Assembly: GCA_035510735.1 (NCBI GenBank)
Contig: DATKGN010000013.1
Location: 64,596-128,595, forward strand
Source of the DNA: Patescibacteria group bacterium
GTDB taxonomy: Bacteria; Patescibacteriota; Microgenomatia; UBA10105; UBA927
Direction: 5' to 3'
DNA length: 64,000 bases
Both the position numbers and the translations under genes were made by a program. The notes beneath the pieces are model-generated. The model did no database searches and was not told where the DNA came from. It saw nothing but the letters and a program-made list of their open reading frames with translations. Below, piece after piece: positions 32,331 through 41,301 of the stretch. Every line of letters begins with the position of its first letter. Positions within the stretch are counted from its first letter, which is position 1.

Positions 32331-33449
32331 TTATTTTTTCCAAATGACTTTTGAATACATGAAATAATTCCAAACAAGGAGAAGCGCCGTTCCACCAAGG
32401 AAGTAAATAAAATAGTGCCGATCACCATATAATCGGACGCCAAGTTCAATTATTCCAGTTTGAATAACAATAACGCCGAATGCGGATGTGGCGTAAAACT
32501 GCAGGAGTTTCAGAAGGTACTGGCGGAAACCGGAAATTTTTTTGTGACCGAATGTCCATAAATTATTTAAATTATAGTTTGAAAAAATCGCAACACCGGC
32601 TCCGATAAGGTTAGCAACTGATGCTGTGAAATGAACCCAATTATGAAAAATCATCAGGAGCACAGCGTTAATTGCGAACCCAATTCCTCCGACAATAAGA
32701 AACTTAGAAAAAGATCCGGAAAATAATTCCTGCATTCGGGATTCAAAAATATACAGAAAAATATTTTTGATATATTCTGCCGGAGCGATTTTTGAGTGAC
32801 CGTAAAGTCGGTCGGTAAAATGAAAAGGAACTTCTAAAATCTTGGCACCGTGATGGATTGCCTTATGTAAAAACGCTATTTGAAAAACGTAACCGCTGTA
32901 TTTCGACAGCTCGGAATGTATCTCGACATAAAACTTTTTCGTATACGCGCGAAATCCACCGGTCCAATCATTAACGTGAATATGGCCTAAGCCGAACCGC
33001 ACAATTGAGTTTCCTAAGACGCTGTATATTTTTCGATGCATTCCCCAGTTTTCCGGAATCGAGCCGCCTTTAATGTATCTGCTTCCGACAACAAAATCAT
33101 ATCCGCGATCAAGAGCACGCAAAAATTCTGGTGCAACCTTGGGGTCATGCGACAAATCCGCATCTATCTGTAACACCGCATCAGCATCCATGTGGTCAAA
33201 GGCATAGGTCATGCCGCGGAGTATAGCTTTCCCTAATCCTTCTTTTTTACCCGTTATTATTTCAACGTTTTTATGCGTTTTTTTATATGCAACAACAGCA
33301 TCCCGCGTTCCGTCCGGAGACGTATCATCAACAACAAGATAAGATATGGCATGGTTTTTCACCACGCTAAATGCTTGGGTTAGTTGGCTAAGGAGCGAAG
33401 CGATATTTTCTCGCTCGTTATACGTGGGAACGACAACGACAACCTTCAT
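32331..33449 (-). CDS. Polyprenol monophosphomannose synthase-like GT2 fused to a GtrA-type flippase domain
   Basis: VPTYNERENI, VDDTSPDGT, IDADLSH, VGSRYIKGG, then a 4-TM GtrA segment (KFLIVGG...NYNLNNLWTF...WNYFMYSKVIW). Confidence 0.88.
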   Translation of the reverse strand: MKVVVVVPTYNERENIASLLSQLTQAFSVVKNHAISYLVVDDTSPDGTRDAVVAYKKTHKNVEIITGKKEGLGKAILRGMTYAFDHMDADAVLQIDADLSHDPKVAPEFLRALDRGYDFVVGSRYIKGGSIPENWGMHRKIYSVLGNSIVRFGLGHIHVNDWTGGFRAYTKKFYVEIHSELSKYSGYVFQIAFLHKAIHHGAKILEVPFHFTDRLYGHSKIAPAEYIKNIFLYIFESRMQELFSGSFSKFLIVGGIGFAINAVLLMIFHNWVHFTASVANLIGAGVAIFSNYNLNNLWTFGHKKISGFRQYLLKLLQFYATSAFGVIVIQTGIIELGVRLYGDRHYFIYFLGGTALLLVWNYFMYSKVIWKK

Positions 33450-33457
33450 AAATAATA

Positions 33458-34417
33458 CTAAACCCGTTCTCGCCAATAGTTCAGGAGGTCTTCCATCGTC
33501 TTTTTAAACGGTATCTCAGGTTTCCAACCGGTCTTCGCAATAAACTTTTTATTATCTCCCTGTAACACCGGCACATCGGAGGGACGCATGCGTGCCGGAT
33601 CTGGCTTAATTTCAACTTTTGTCTTTGACATGGAAAGGAGCATTTGGAGCATATCTCCGATCCTAATTGTTGAACCGGTACAGATATTATACACATCTCC
33701 GGGATCGCACTTTTCAACAGCTAAAAGATACGCGCGCACCATATCCCGCACATCTGTATAATCCCGACTGGCATCCAGATTACCGACATGAATAATGGGA
33801 TCTTGTTTCCCTTTTTCAATAAGTGCTATCTGTTTGGCAAAATTCGACTCAGCAAACGTATCACCGCGTCGTGGTCCGGTATGGTTAAATCCGCGGGTTC
33901 GCACTACTCGCACTTTATATGACTGATAATATTGATAGCCCAGATAATCCATGGCGAGCTTAGAAACCGCATACGGACTAAGCGGTCGTAATGGGTTTGT
34001 TTCTTTAATCGGTATTTCGTTTTCGTGAACCAATCCGTATTCCTCTGAAGAACAGGCAATCTGAATGACAGGATCAATCCCTGCCATACGTACCGCTTCA
34101 AAAAGATTCGCAGAACCTACAATATTAACCTCCAAGGTCACCGAAGGAGATACCCACGACGTCGGAACGAACGATTGTGCTGCCAGATGAAATATATACA
34201 TCGGTTTTATCCGCGATATCGTTGCGTAAAGACTATGTGTGTCGAGCAAATCCGCATCCTCAAGATGCAGTTTATTGATAATCGACTCGATATGGTCAGT
34301 TTTACTTCTCGCACGGAGTAATCCATATACCTCATAGCCCTGCGACAACAGTAGTTCTGCCAAGTGGCTTCCTACAAATCCCGCAATACCGGTAATAAAC
34401 GCTTTTTTAGCTGCCAT
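33458..34417 (-). CDS. gmd: GDP-mannose 4,6-dehydratase-like extended SDR
   Basis: ITGIAGFVGSHL, HLAAQSFV, SSEEYG, YAVSK, GNLDASRDY; strong SD AAGGAGGA. Could be a related Rmd-type reductase. Confidence 0.75.
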   Translation of the reverse strand: MAAKKAFITGIAGFVGSHLAELLLSQGYEVYGLLRARSKTDHIESIINKLHLEDADLLDTHSLYATISRIKPMYIFHLAAQSFVPTSWVSPSVTLEVNIVGSANLFEAVRMAGIDPVIQIACSSEEYGLVHENEIPIKETNPLRPLSPYAVSKLAMDYLGYQYYQSYKVRVVRTRGFNHTGPRRGDTFAESNFAKQIALIEKGKQDPIIHVGNLDASRDYTDVRDMVRAYLLAVEKCDPGDVYNICTGSTIRIGDMLQMLLSMSKTKVEIKPDPARMRPSDVPVLQGDNKKFIAKTGWKPEIPFKKTMEDLLNYWRERV

Positions 34418-34440
34418 ACGTCCTCCTTAAAATATGCATT

Positions 34441-34466
34441 ATCCCTCGACTTCACTCGGGATGACA
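34441..34466. repeat. Half copy of a GTCAT-ended palindromic (REP-like) element
   Basis: ATCCCtcgacttcactcGGGATGACA; the minus strand reads TGTCATCCCGAGTGAAGTCGAGGGAT, the same end as the element at 60997-61068. Confidence 0.6.
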
Positions 34467-34477
34467 CCGAAACGCCG

Positions 34478-35776
34478 TCACATTCTCCCTACACCATAAT
34501 ACATGAATCCAAGCTGCTTTACACGTGTAGGCTCATAGATATTGCGCCCGTCAAACAACACCAGAGATTTAAGACCCTTTGCGAGTTTGACGAGATCTAA
34601 CTGCTGAAACTCATTCCATTCCGTCAATACAACAACACCGTCAGCCCCATTTGCGGCCTCGTATGGATTTTTTGCGAACGAAACATCTTTAGGCAATAGT
34701 GGTTTTGCGTTATCCATAGCAACGGGATCGTAGGCGATAATTTTTGCCCCCTGTTTGACTAGTTCATTGATGATCGTAATTGAAGGGGCCTCCCGCATAT
34801 CATCGGTATTTGGCTTAAATGAAAGCCCGAGAACCGTGAGTGTTTTTTTGTGAAGGTTATTATTATAATGACGAAGAATTTTATCGACAAAATGCTTCCC
34901 TGCCTGTTTATTCACCTCATCCACAGCTTTAAGTAATGCAAAATTATAGCCATGCTCTTCCGATATCGCGATAAGCGCCTTCACATCTTTAGGGAAACAG
35001 CTGCCGCCGTAGCCGACACCCGGATAAAGAAATCCGCGTCCGATCCGCCGATCAAGGCCGACACCCTCCAATACCTGCTCAACGTCCGCGCCCACTTTTT
35101 CTGAAAGAAATGCTACCGCATTTGCAAATGATATTTTTGTCGAAAGCAAAGAATTGCTCGCATACTTGATAAGCTCGGCGGTTTCTACATTGCATAAAAC
35201 TTTTTTACCATCGATAGATTTATGAAGCTCCAATAATAGCTCTCGTGCCCGATCAGACGTAGTGCCAATAATTACCCGATCAGGATGAAGCGTATCCTCA
35301 ATGGCAGTCCCTTCTCGTAAAAATTCAGGAACCGAAGCGATAGCGAATGTTGCACCTTCAGGCTTATATTTCGTTATGACCTGTGAAACTTTTTGATTCG
35401 TACCGGGAGGAACAGTACTTTTTGTGACGACAACTTTATAACCAACCAACGCTTTTCCTATACTTTCTGCAGCGGCAAAAACGCTGGTTAAATCTGCTTC
35501 CCCTGTTGCCTTTGGCGGCGTGCCGACGCAGATAAAAATAATCGAGGACGGGGCCACCGCCTGTTTATAATCAAGTGTAAAAACGAGCCGCCCTGCATCA
35601 ACATTCCGTTTGACTAACTCTGATAACCCGGGTTCATAGAATGGAGCAATACCTCTTTTTAGCTTTTCGATTTTCTCCTTCGTCCTGCCGACCACCCAAA
35701 CAGTATTGCCCAAATCAGCAAAAACGGTAGCTGTCACTAACCCTACGTAGCCATGTCCTACAAATGTTACTGTCAT
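34478..35776 (-). CDS. ugd: UDP-glucose/GDP-mannose 6-dehydrogenase
   Basis: GHGYVGL, CVGTP, KSTVPPGT, PEFLREG, GYGGSCFPKD, FKPNTDDMRE, DGRN. Start at ATG 35776. Confidence 0.92.
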   Translation of the reverse strand: MTVTFVGHGYVGLVTATVFADLGNTVWVVGRTKEKIEKLKRGIAPFYEPGLSELVKRNVDAGRLVFTLDYKQAVAPSSIIFICVGTPPKATGEADLTSVFAAAESIGKALVGYKVVVTKSTVPPGTNQKVSQVITKYKPEGATFAIASVPEFLREGTAIEDTLHPDRVIIGTTSDRARELLLELHKSIDGKKVLCNVETAELIKYASNSLLSTKISFANAVAFLSEKVGADVEQVLEGVGLDRRIGRGFLYPGVGYGGSCFPKDVKALIAISEEHGYNFALLKAVDEVNKQAGKHFVDKILRHYNNNLHKKTLTVLGLSFKPNTDDMREAPSITIINELVKQGAKIIAYDPVAMDNAKPLLPKDVSFAKNPYEAANGADGVVVLTEWNEFQQLDLVKLAKGLKSLVLFDGRNIYEPTRVKQLGFMYYGVGRM

Positions 35777-35842
35777 ATCGTGAAGAAAAATGTGGACGCT
35801 ACTCGCGCGTCCCACCCACCTATATTACCATATTTTGTGCTG

Positions 35843-36730
35843 TCATTCTTCCTGACGTTTCATTTCTTTGATGCCATTTCGGAATGTATGCATTGTGACA
35901 CCCAGAGATGTAATTTTATCATTGGTGAGTGCCACGTACTGCGGCGTCGGAGCGCGGTCACGAAACATATCGGCAAAGGCAATTGATTTAATAAGTGCCG
36001 AATCACATCCGTATTCTGCTGCGATGGTAACTGCGGCTTCAAAAGGCGATATCGGACTGTTCCCGACAACGTGGTAGACACCATGCGCATCGTGAGTAAT
36101 CAGTGCGTCAATAGCATACGCAATATCGTCGATAAAAGTCGGTACGAAAAGTTGATCTTTCGGAGCCGTAATTCCCTGTTTCGATTGTAACCGTTCAAGC
36201 ATTTTATGGACAAAGTCTTTCTTACCTGGCTGTACCGCCAGGCCAACTGGGTGAGCGCGATAGGGATTTGAGATTCTGATAACTAACCCTTGATTTCCAA
36301 GCTCAAGAACTCGTTTAGCGCCTTCAAATTTTGTTTTTGCATACCATCCGAGAGGGTTAGGAACATCGTCTTCCGAATACTTGGATTTTTTTCCGTCGAA
36401 TGCATAATCAGTATCAATATAGAGGACTTTTTTTGAACACTTTACAGCATTATCAATAATTGACTGAGTGGCGGCGACATTTATTTTCCATGCAATACTC
36501 TTTTCTCCAAGAGATCGCTCCTTCTCAGCTCCCTGTACATCGGTAAATGCGGCAAAATGGAAAACCCAATTAGCGTCTGACTTGTCGAAAAATTGTTTTA
36601 CGCTTTGCGCATCGGTGATATCGACGCCGGTCTCAAGACTTAAATTTTCAAATGAATAACGGGAAGCAAGAAGTTCTGTGACTCTCGATCCGACAAGCCC
36701 TGATAATCCCGTCCCCAACACGTTGATCAT
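35843..36730 (-). CDS. rfbD: dTDP-4-dehydrorhamnose reductase
   Basis: GLSGLVG, AAFTDV, TDYAFDG, YAKTK, PTFIDD. Confidence 0.85.
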   Translation of the reverse strand: MINVLGTGLSGLVGSRVTELLASRYSFENLSLETGVDITDAQSVKQFFDKSDANWVFHFAAFTDVQGAEKERSLGEKSIAWKINVAATQSIIDNAVKCSKKVLYIDTDYAFDGKKSKYSEDDVPNPLGWYAKTKFEGAKRVLELGNQGLVIRISNPYRAHPVGLAVQPGKKDFVHKMLERLQSKQGITAPKDQLFVPTFIDDIAYAIDALITHDAHGVYHVVGNSPISPFEAAVTIAAEYGCDSALIKSIAFADMFRDRAPTPQYVALTNDKITSLGVTMHTFRNGIKEMKRQEE

Positions 36731-37743
36731 ACGCCGCTCCCGTATTGTTGTTTATAGTACGTTTGATACGCACCAGTTTTGACGCGGCGCCACCATGATT
36801 CATGTCCTTTGTACCAATCGATTGTTTTCGTTAACCACTCATCAAAATCATGAAGAGGCGCCCACTGAAGCTCATCGCGAATCTTCGTCCAATCCATTGC
36901 ATATCGGCGGTCGTGACCCGGTCGGTCTTTCACAAATTCTATACATGACTCATCTTTGCCCATTTTTGTAAGTATTTGTTTCACAACTTCAAGATTATTA
37001 ATGTCGCGTGTCACACCGCCAATGCAATATGTCTCTCCTATTTTGCCTTTTATAATAACTGCCTCTATTGCCCGGCAATGATCTTCGACGTACAACCAGT
37101 CACGTACATTTTTACCGTCTCCGTAGAGTGGCACTTTTTTCTCCTCGAGAATGTTGGTTATCGCAAGCGGAATAAATTTTTCCGGAAAGTGGTACGGCCC
37201 GAAATTATTCGAACAGTTGGTGATACTTATAGGTAATCCAAACGTATGGTAATACGCGCGTACTAAGTGATCTGAGCCTGCCTTACTTGCTGAATATGGA
37301 CTTCTGGGGTCATATATTGTTCGTTCATTAAATTTATTCGAATCATCTAGTTTAAGCGAACCGAACACCTCATCTGTCGATACGTGATGGAACCGGGAAA
37401 CTTTGTGAGAGAGCGCTGCCTCCAACAGAATCTGCGTCCCGAGCACATTCGTCCGCACGAAAGGCATCGGATCGTGAATCGATCGGTCCACATGACTTTC
37501 TGCGGCAAAATGCACGACGACATCTACGCCTTTCATCGCACGGTTTACTACATCAGGATTACAAATATCTCCGTGTATGAATGTATATCGTGGATTTTTT
37601 TCGACCTCAACGAGGTTTTCTAAATTCCCTGCATACGTTAAGGCATCAAGGTTGACAACTTCATCTCCCGAATGTCCCCGCATCCAATAAAGAATGAAGT
37701 TGGATCCGATAAACCCTGCGCCGCCGGTTACAAGTAATTTCAT
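36727..37743 (-). CDS. rfbB: dTDP-glucose 4,6-dehydratase
   Basis: VTGGAGFIGSN, AAESHVDRS, STDEVFG, YSASK, DRPGHDRRY. Confidence 0.96.
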   Translation of the reverse strand: MKLLVTGGAGFIGSNFILYWMRGHSGDEVVNLDALTYAGNLENLVEVEKNPRYTFIHGDICNPDVVNRAMKGVDVVVHFAAESHVDRSIHDPMPFVRTNVLGTQILLEAALSHKVSRFHHVSTDEVFGSLKLDDSNKFNERTIYDPRSPYSASKAGSDHLVRAYYHTFGLPISITNCSNNFGPYHFPEKFIPLAITNILEEKKVPLYGDGKNVRDWLYVEDHCRAIEAVIIKGKIGETYCIGGVTRDINNLEVVKQILTKMGKDESCIEFVKDRPGHDRRYAMDWTKIRDELQWAPLHDFDEWLTKTIDWYKGHESWWRRVKTGAYQTYYKQQYGSGV

Positions 37744-37749
37744 AGAGGA

Positions 37750-38226
37750 TTACGTAATCTTCTTATTTGTAATAGGTAGACCCTTCGTCCAATCATATCC
37801 GATTTCGGGATCGTTATATGGAATTCGTCCTTCTTCGGCCAAAGAATAAACACCGCTTGTCACATAGACAAGATCAGCAGGACCCTTTAACACCTTGAGT
37901 CCGTGGGCGACACCGGCCGGAATCTTCAGCACGATATTCGGTTTACCTGGCTCACCCAGAATAAATTCGTTTAATTCCTTATACGTTTTTGAGGATTTTC
38001 TCACGTCATACACTGCTGCCTTAATAACCCCTGATGCGACGTACCACCAATCAATCTGTGTTTTATGAAGATGCCAGGCTTTCACAACCCCCTTTACCAT
38101 ATAGGAATGCGACATCTGCGCAAACCCTTCTGTAAAGAAGCTGTCCGTAATCCGTATTACTTCCTCAAAATATCCACGTTCATCAGGATGTCTGACTAAC
38201 TCTTTGATTTTTACCCCATCTATCAC
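37750..38226 (-). CDS. rfbC: dTDP-4-dehydrorhamnose 3,5-epimerase (short SpsL-like)
   Basis: DERGYF, KAWHLH, IPAGVAHG; GTGA overlap with rfbA. Confidence 0.88.
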   Translation of the reverse strand: MIDGVKIKELVRHPDERGYFEEVIRITDSFFTEGFAQMSHSYMVKGVVKAWHLHKTQIDWWYVASGVIKAAVYDVRKSSKTYKELNEFILGEPGKPNIVLKIPAGVAHGLKVLKGPADLVYVTSGVYSLAEEGRIPYNDPEIGYDWTKGLPITNKKIT

Positions 38227-38960
38227 AGTTTCTTCTCCTGTACAAGTTGAGCGACGTTATTGTTCGCTTTCAATAATTCGTCAAACGAAGTTCCTGCATC
38301 AATCCACCAATCAATAATCTGACAATGAAGACTGCCGTCCTTTAAATAACAATTATTGAGATCTGTTACTTCAAGTTCTCCGCGGAGAGACGGTTTTAGG
38401 CTTTCAATGAACGAAAACACCCGACTGTCGTACATATATATTCCTGTCTGGGCAATATCTGATTTAGGATGAGCGGGTTTCTCTTCTAATGAAAGAACTT
38501 TACCGGATTTATCAACTTCAATAACACCGTATTGTTTAGAATCAGTGTTAAGATGAATACCGAAAATCATCGCACCCTTCTTTAATTCAGTCATTTTTTT
38601 GACTGATGGACGGAGATCGAAGTTGAAAATATTATCCCCTAAAATAACCAATATCGGCTCATTTCCAGCGAATTCTTTCGCAAGAGCAATTGCCTGAGCG
38701 ATTCCGCCTTTTGGATTCTTTTGTATAGCGTAATAGAGCTTCAGATTAAATTCTTCACCGGCTCCGAGTAGATTTGCAAAGTGTCCCGCATGATCCGGCG
38801 CAGTTGATAACAAAACTTCTTCGACTCCAGCCCGATGCATCGCTTCAAGCGGATAATAGATCATCGGCTTATTATAAATGGGTAGTAAATGTTTATTGGT
38901 GACTCGAGTCAATGGCTGAAGTCTGGTGGCCATGCCGCCTGCTAATATGACACCTTTCAT
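38223..38960 (-). CDS. rfbA: Glucose-1-phosphate thymidylyltransferase (short SpsI-like)
   Basis: MKGVILAGGMATRL...NKHLLP, LGDN, EEKP, RGELEVTD, WIDAGT. True start is ATG 38960, not 39089. Confidence 0.92.
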   Translation of the reverse strand: MKGVILAGGMATRLQPLTRVTNKHLLPIYNKPMIYYPLEAMHRAGVEEVLLSTAPDHAGHFANLLGAGEEFNLKLYYAIQKNPKGGIAQAIALAKEFAGNEPILVILGDNIFNFDLRPSVKKMTELKKGAMIFGIHLNTDSKQYGVIEVDKSGKVLSLEEKPAHPKSDIAQTGIYMYDSRVFSFIESLKPSLRGELEVTDLNNCYLKDGSLHCQIIDWWIDAGTSFDELLKANNNVAQLVQEKKL

Positions 38961-38974
38961 ATAGTTGTTAAGGC

Positions 38975-39226
38975 TTAATGCTTGAGTACTGTCGCCAGTA
39001 AAACAATTGCAATAGCTCCTATGAGCACATATTCTACCACAATCTTCTGATGTAAGTCGCGGTTCATTGCATGATGGATAAATCCCCAAAGAACGTAAGC
39101 CACCGAAGTTACAACACCGATGATAAACTGGGTGTCAGTGTTAGGCGCAGCATAATAAAACGCGCCTATACCGCCGGCTAATATTAATAATAGAACGATG
39201 TAATGAATAATGTGGGCGTTTTTCAT
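38975..39226 (-). CDS. Small 3-TM hypothetical protein
   Basis: 83 aa with three hydrophobic helices and WGFIHH...EY; ATGA overlap with the CAP gene; same direction as rml genes. Confidence 0.7.
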   Translation of the reverse strand: MKNAHIIHYIVLLLILAGGIGAFYYAAPNTDTQFIIGVVTSVAYVLWGFIHHAMNRDLHQKIVVEYVLIGAIAIVLLATVLKH

Positions 39227-40161
39227 AATAACGATCCCCTCGCCGTCATTCCAGCCAATATAACAATAGCACTCAAAAATAAGAAATGCGCAATATTATG
39301 GCCTGCAACCCGCACAATTTTTCTACGCGAAACTACCCAGGCATCAATGGCCAATACGCCAAGCAGCACTCCGGCAAATACGAACACAATATCACGGGTT
39401 AACGTTGGAATATTAATTGCCGGTGTTCGCGTAACACCCAAAAATTCACTTCCGAGACTTTGCTGTGCTGAAGCAAGAGCTGCCGGGGCTTGAGTGGGTA
39501 TGGCTTGTGCTACCTGCGGGGCTTGTTGTGTGGAAACGGCCTGATCAATAACCACAGGAGGTTTACTTGGAGTCGAAGCCTCAGCAAGTGAGTCTACCGA
39601 TGTACCGAACATCTGAACAACAAGCGTTGTATCCTCACCATTTATTTTCCCATTCACGACGGCAAAACCGATATCTTTGTAATTCGGTTTCACGATATTT
39701 GCCTTATGACTCGGAGACGCCATCCATGCATCAACGACAGCCTGGCTTGTGGAAAAATTCTTGGCCAAATTTTCTCCTGCCAAAACGTAACGGTACCCCG
39801 CTCCTGAAATAAAATCCCACGGTGTTTGCCCGGCTGGACTATTGTGTGCCCAGTAGTCTTTGGCGAACATATCCTGCGCTTTATTTGCTGCGGCAACCGA
39901 TAACTCGCTATTAAGCGTCAGGGGTGATAATCCGGCGGCGGCCCGTTGAGCGTTCGTGTCATCCAATAACTGTTGAACATGAATATCTGTGGCATATCCT
40001 AAAACGTCCGGTATCTGTCGGTGGACAAACCCGAGGCCGTAATTAAAGATCGCAAACGCGAGTACATATACGAGTAGGATATCAATATGAAGCGCCTTTG
40101 ACCGGTGATTATTGGTGTGATGCGGTATGAAAAAATGATACAGAGTCATCCCGAATGACAT
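39223..40161 (-). CDS. CAP/SCP-domain membrane-anchored protein
   Basis: TNAQR...L...AANKAQDM...YWAH...AGENLA...AWMASPSHKANI...IGFAV...VVQMFG, followed by an Ala/Pro/Gln linker and 2 C-terminal TMs. The start may be 40149. Confidence 0.88.
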   Translation of the reverse strand: MSFGMTLYHFFIPHHTNNHRSKALHIDILLVYVLAFAIFNYGLGFVHRQIPDVLGYATDIHVQQLLDDTNAQRAAAGLSPLTLNSELSVAAANKAQDMFAKDYWAHNSPAGQTPWDFISGAGYRYVLAGENLAKNFSTSQAVVDAWMASPSHKANIVKPNYKDIGFAVVNGKINGEDTTLVVQMFGTSVDSLAEASTPSKPPVVIDQAVSTQQAPQVAQAIPTQAPAALASAQQSLGSEFLGVTRTPAINIPTLTRDIVFVFAGVLLGVLAIDAWVVSRRKIVRVAGHNIAHFLFLSAIVILAGMTARGSLL

Positions 40162-40282
40162 ATATATCCATAATACGCAGATTCGCGCGGATTTACCATA
40201 CCCTCGTTATGGATCCTCACGGCCTAATCACACACGCGAATGGCACCCATGTATATCGCTTTGCGAACCGTTACGATTAAGC

Positions 40283-40879
40283 TTATTCGGACGGTGTTTC
40301 GGTCGCCGTATCGGTGCCTAGAACAACCACAATATCGGTCTCTTTATTACCCGAAGCCTGGGTTATAGAAAGGGATCCTGACATCGTTCCCTTTGTCACA
40401 CCAGATGTCGTCGTACCGCTGGTACTGAACGTCGAAGTTTCTTTCCAGCCGCTCGTTGTGAGTGCGCTTTTATAGTACGCGTCAACTTTATCAAAGCTGT
40501 CCGCGGTCGTTAGCGTTACCCAAAATCCGTTCGACTTACCCTGTTGGGCCCCTGACAATGAACTGGTGACCTTCGCACCGGGATAAATCGGGAAGTCTTT
40601 CGGAAATGTATCAGGTATCTGCCCTGAGCTTATATCCATTTTTGCACCGGTTTTCTGATCGGTGAGCGTCATTTTTCCATTTTGGAGATCCTGCAGATTG
40701 GTTTTGACTCCGGTTCTGCTCTCAATTGCCGATTGCAATAAGCCTGTTCCTATCCGCTTTGCAAAAAACCGCATGATAATCGAACTTGCAATACCCAAAA
40801 CAACGAGAAGAACTAAACACCCGATTCCAACAAATACCAATGGGTTTGTCCCTTTCTTTTCCGGTTTAGTTTCTGCCAT
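40283..40879 (-). CDS. Membrane-anchored Ser/Thr-rich hypothetical protein
   Basis: SD AAAGGAG; single N-terminal TM; IPDTFPKDFPIYPGA...YYKSAL...GW extracellular domain. Confidence 0.75.
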   Translation of the reverse strand: MAETKPEKKGTNPLVFVGIGCLVLLVVLGIASSIIMRFFAKRIGTGLLQSAIESRTGVKTNLQDLQNGKMTLTDQKTGAKMDISSGQIPDTFPKDFPIYPGAKVTSSLSGAQQGKSNGFWVTLTTADSFDKVDAYYKSALTTSGWKETSTFSTSGTTTSGVTKGTMSGSLSITQASGNKETDIVVVLGTDTATETPSE

Positions 40880-40906
40880 ATAACTCCTTTACTCAATCTG
40901 TCTACA

Positions 40907-40989
40907 GAAATCATTCATGATTTCGTAAAAACAATTGTAAACGGATCGTGTATGTAAAATAACAAATCAGTACTTGGACAATTGTAAAC
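40907..40989. promoter_or_regulatory. Candidate operator region: inverted repeat plus a 12-bp direct repeat
   Basis: GAAATCAT-tc-ATGATTTC at 40907-40924; ACAATTGTAAAC at 40931-40942 and 40978-40989. Confidence 0.4.
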
Positions 40990-40990
40990 A

Positions 40991-41299
40991 TTAATAGGTC
41001 GGCGTTGCAAGTCCCTTATCATCATTAACCGGAATCTGGAGTAAAAAGCCGAGCGCATTTGCGATAGAAACACCAACACGAAGCCCCGTAAATGAGCCAG
41101 GACCCGTAATTACGGTAATACCTGTTATATCTTTTAGGGATATATGTTTTTCCTTGAGGAGCTCTTCAATAAGCGGTAAAACAGTTTGCGACTTCATCAC
41201 CTTCGATTCACGTATTTTTTCAAAACGCTTTCCGTCAATCTCGATAGCTACCTTTGCTGTATTGATGGCCGATGTGTTAATAAAAAGTGTACCAGACAT
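40991..41299 (-). CDS. tsaB: Miniature t6A biosynthesis protein TsaB
   Basis: INTS...SQTVLPLIEELL...GPGSFTGLRVG...ANAL; only 102 aa. Confidence 0.85.
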   Translation of the reverse strand: MSGTLFINTSAINTAKVAIEIDGKRFEKIRESKVMKSQTVLPLIEELLKEKHISLKDITGITVITGPGSFTGLRVGVSIANALGFLLQIPVNDDKGLATPTY

Positions 41300-41301
41300 A
41301 A

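Noticed and set aside
38961-39089. N-terminal extensions in the ORF track for rfbA, and likewise ugd, ftsE, ftsX, prfB and 30704-32449
   Set aside because: They overlap upstream genes and precede the family-typical N-termini, so downstream ATGs were chosen.
40145-40160. GTCATCCCGAATGACA at the CAP gene start, resembling a collapsed GTCAT element
   Set aside because: Only 16 nt and overlapping candidate start codons; cannot be told from chance without a genome-wide model.
40162-40282. Possible structured RNA in the 121-nt gap upstream of the CAP gene
   Set aside because: Only short imperfect stems (e.g. ATTCGCGCG with CACGCGAAT); no tRNA, riboswitch or known ncRNA signature recognised.
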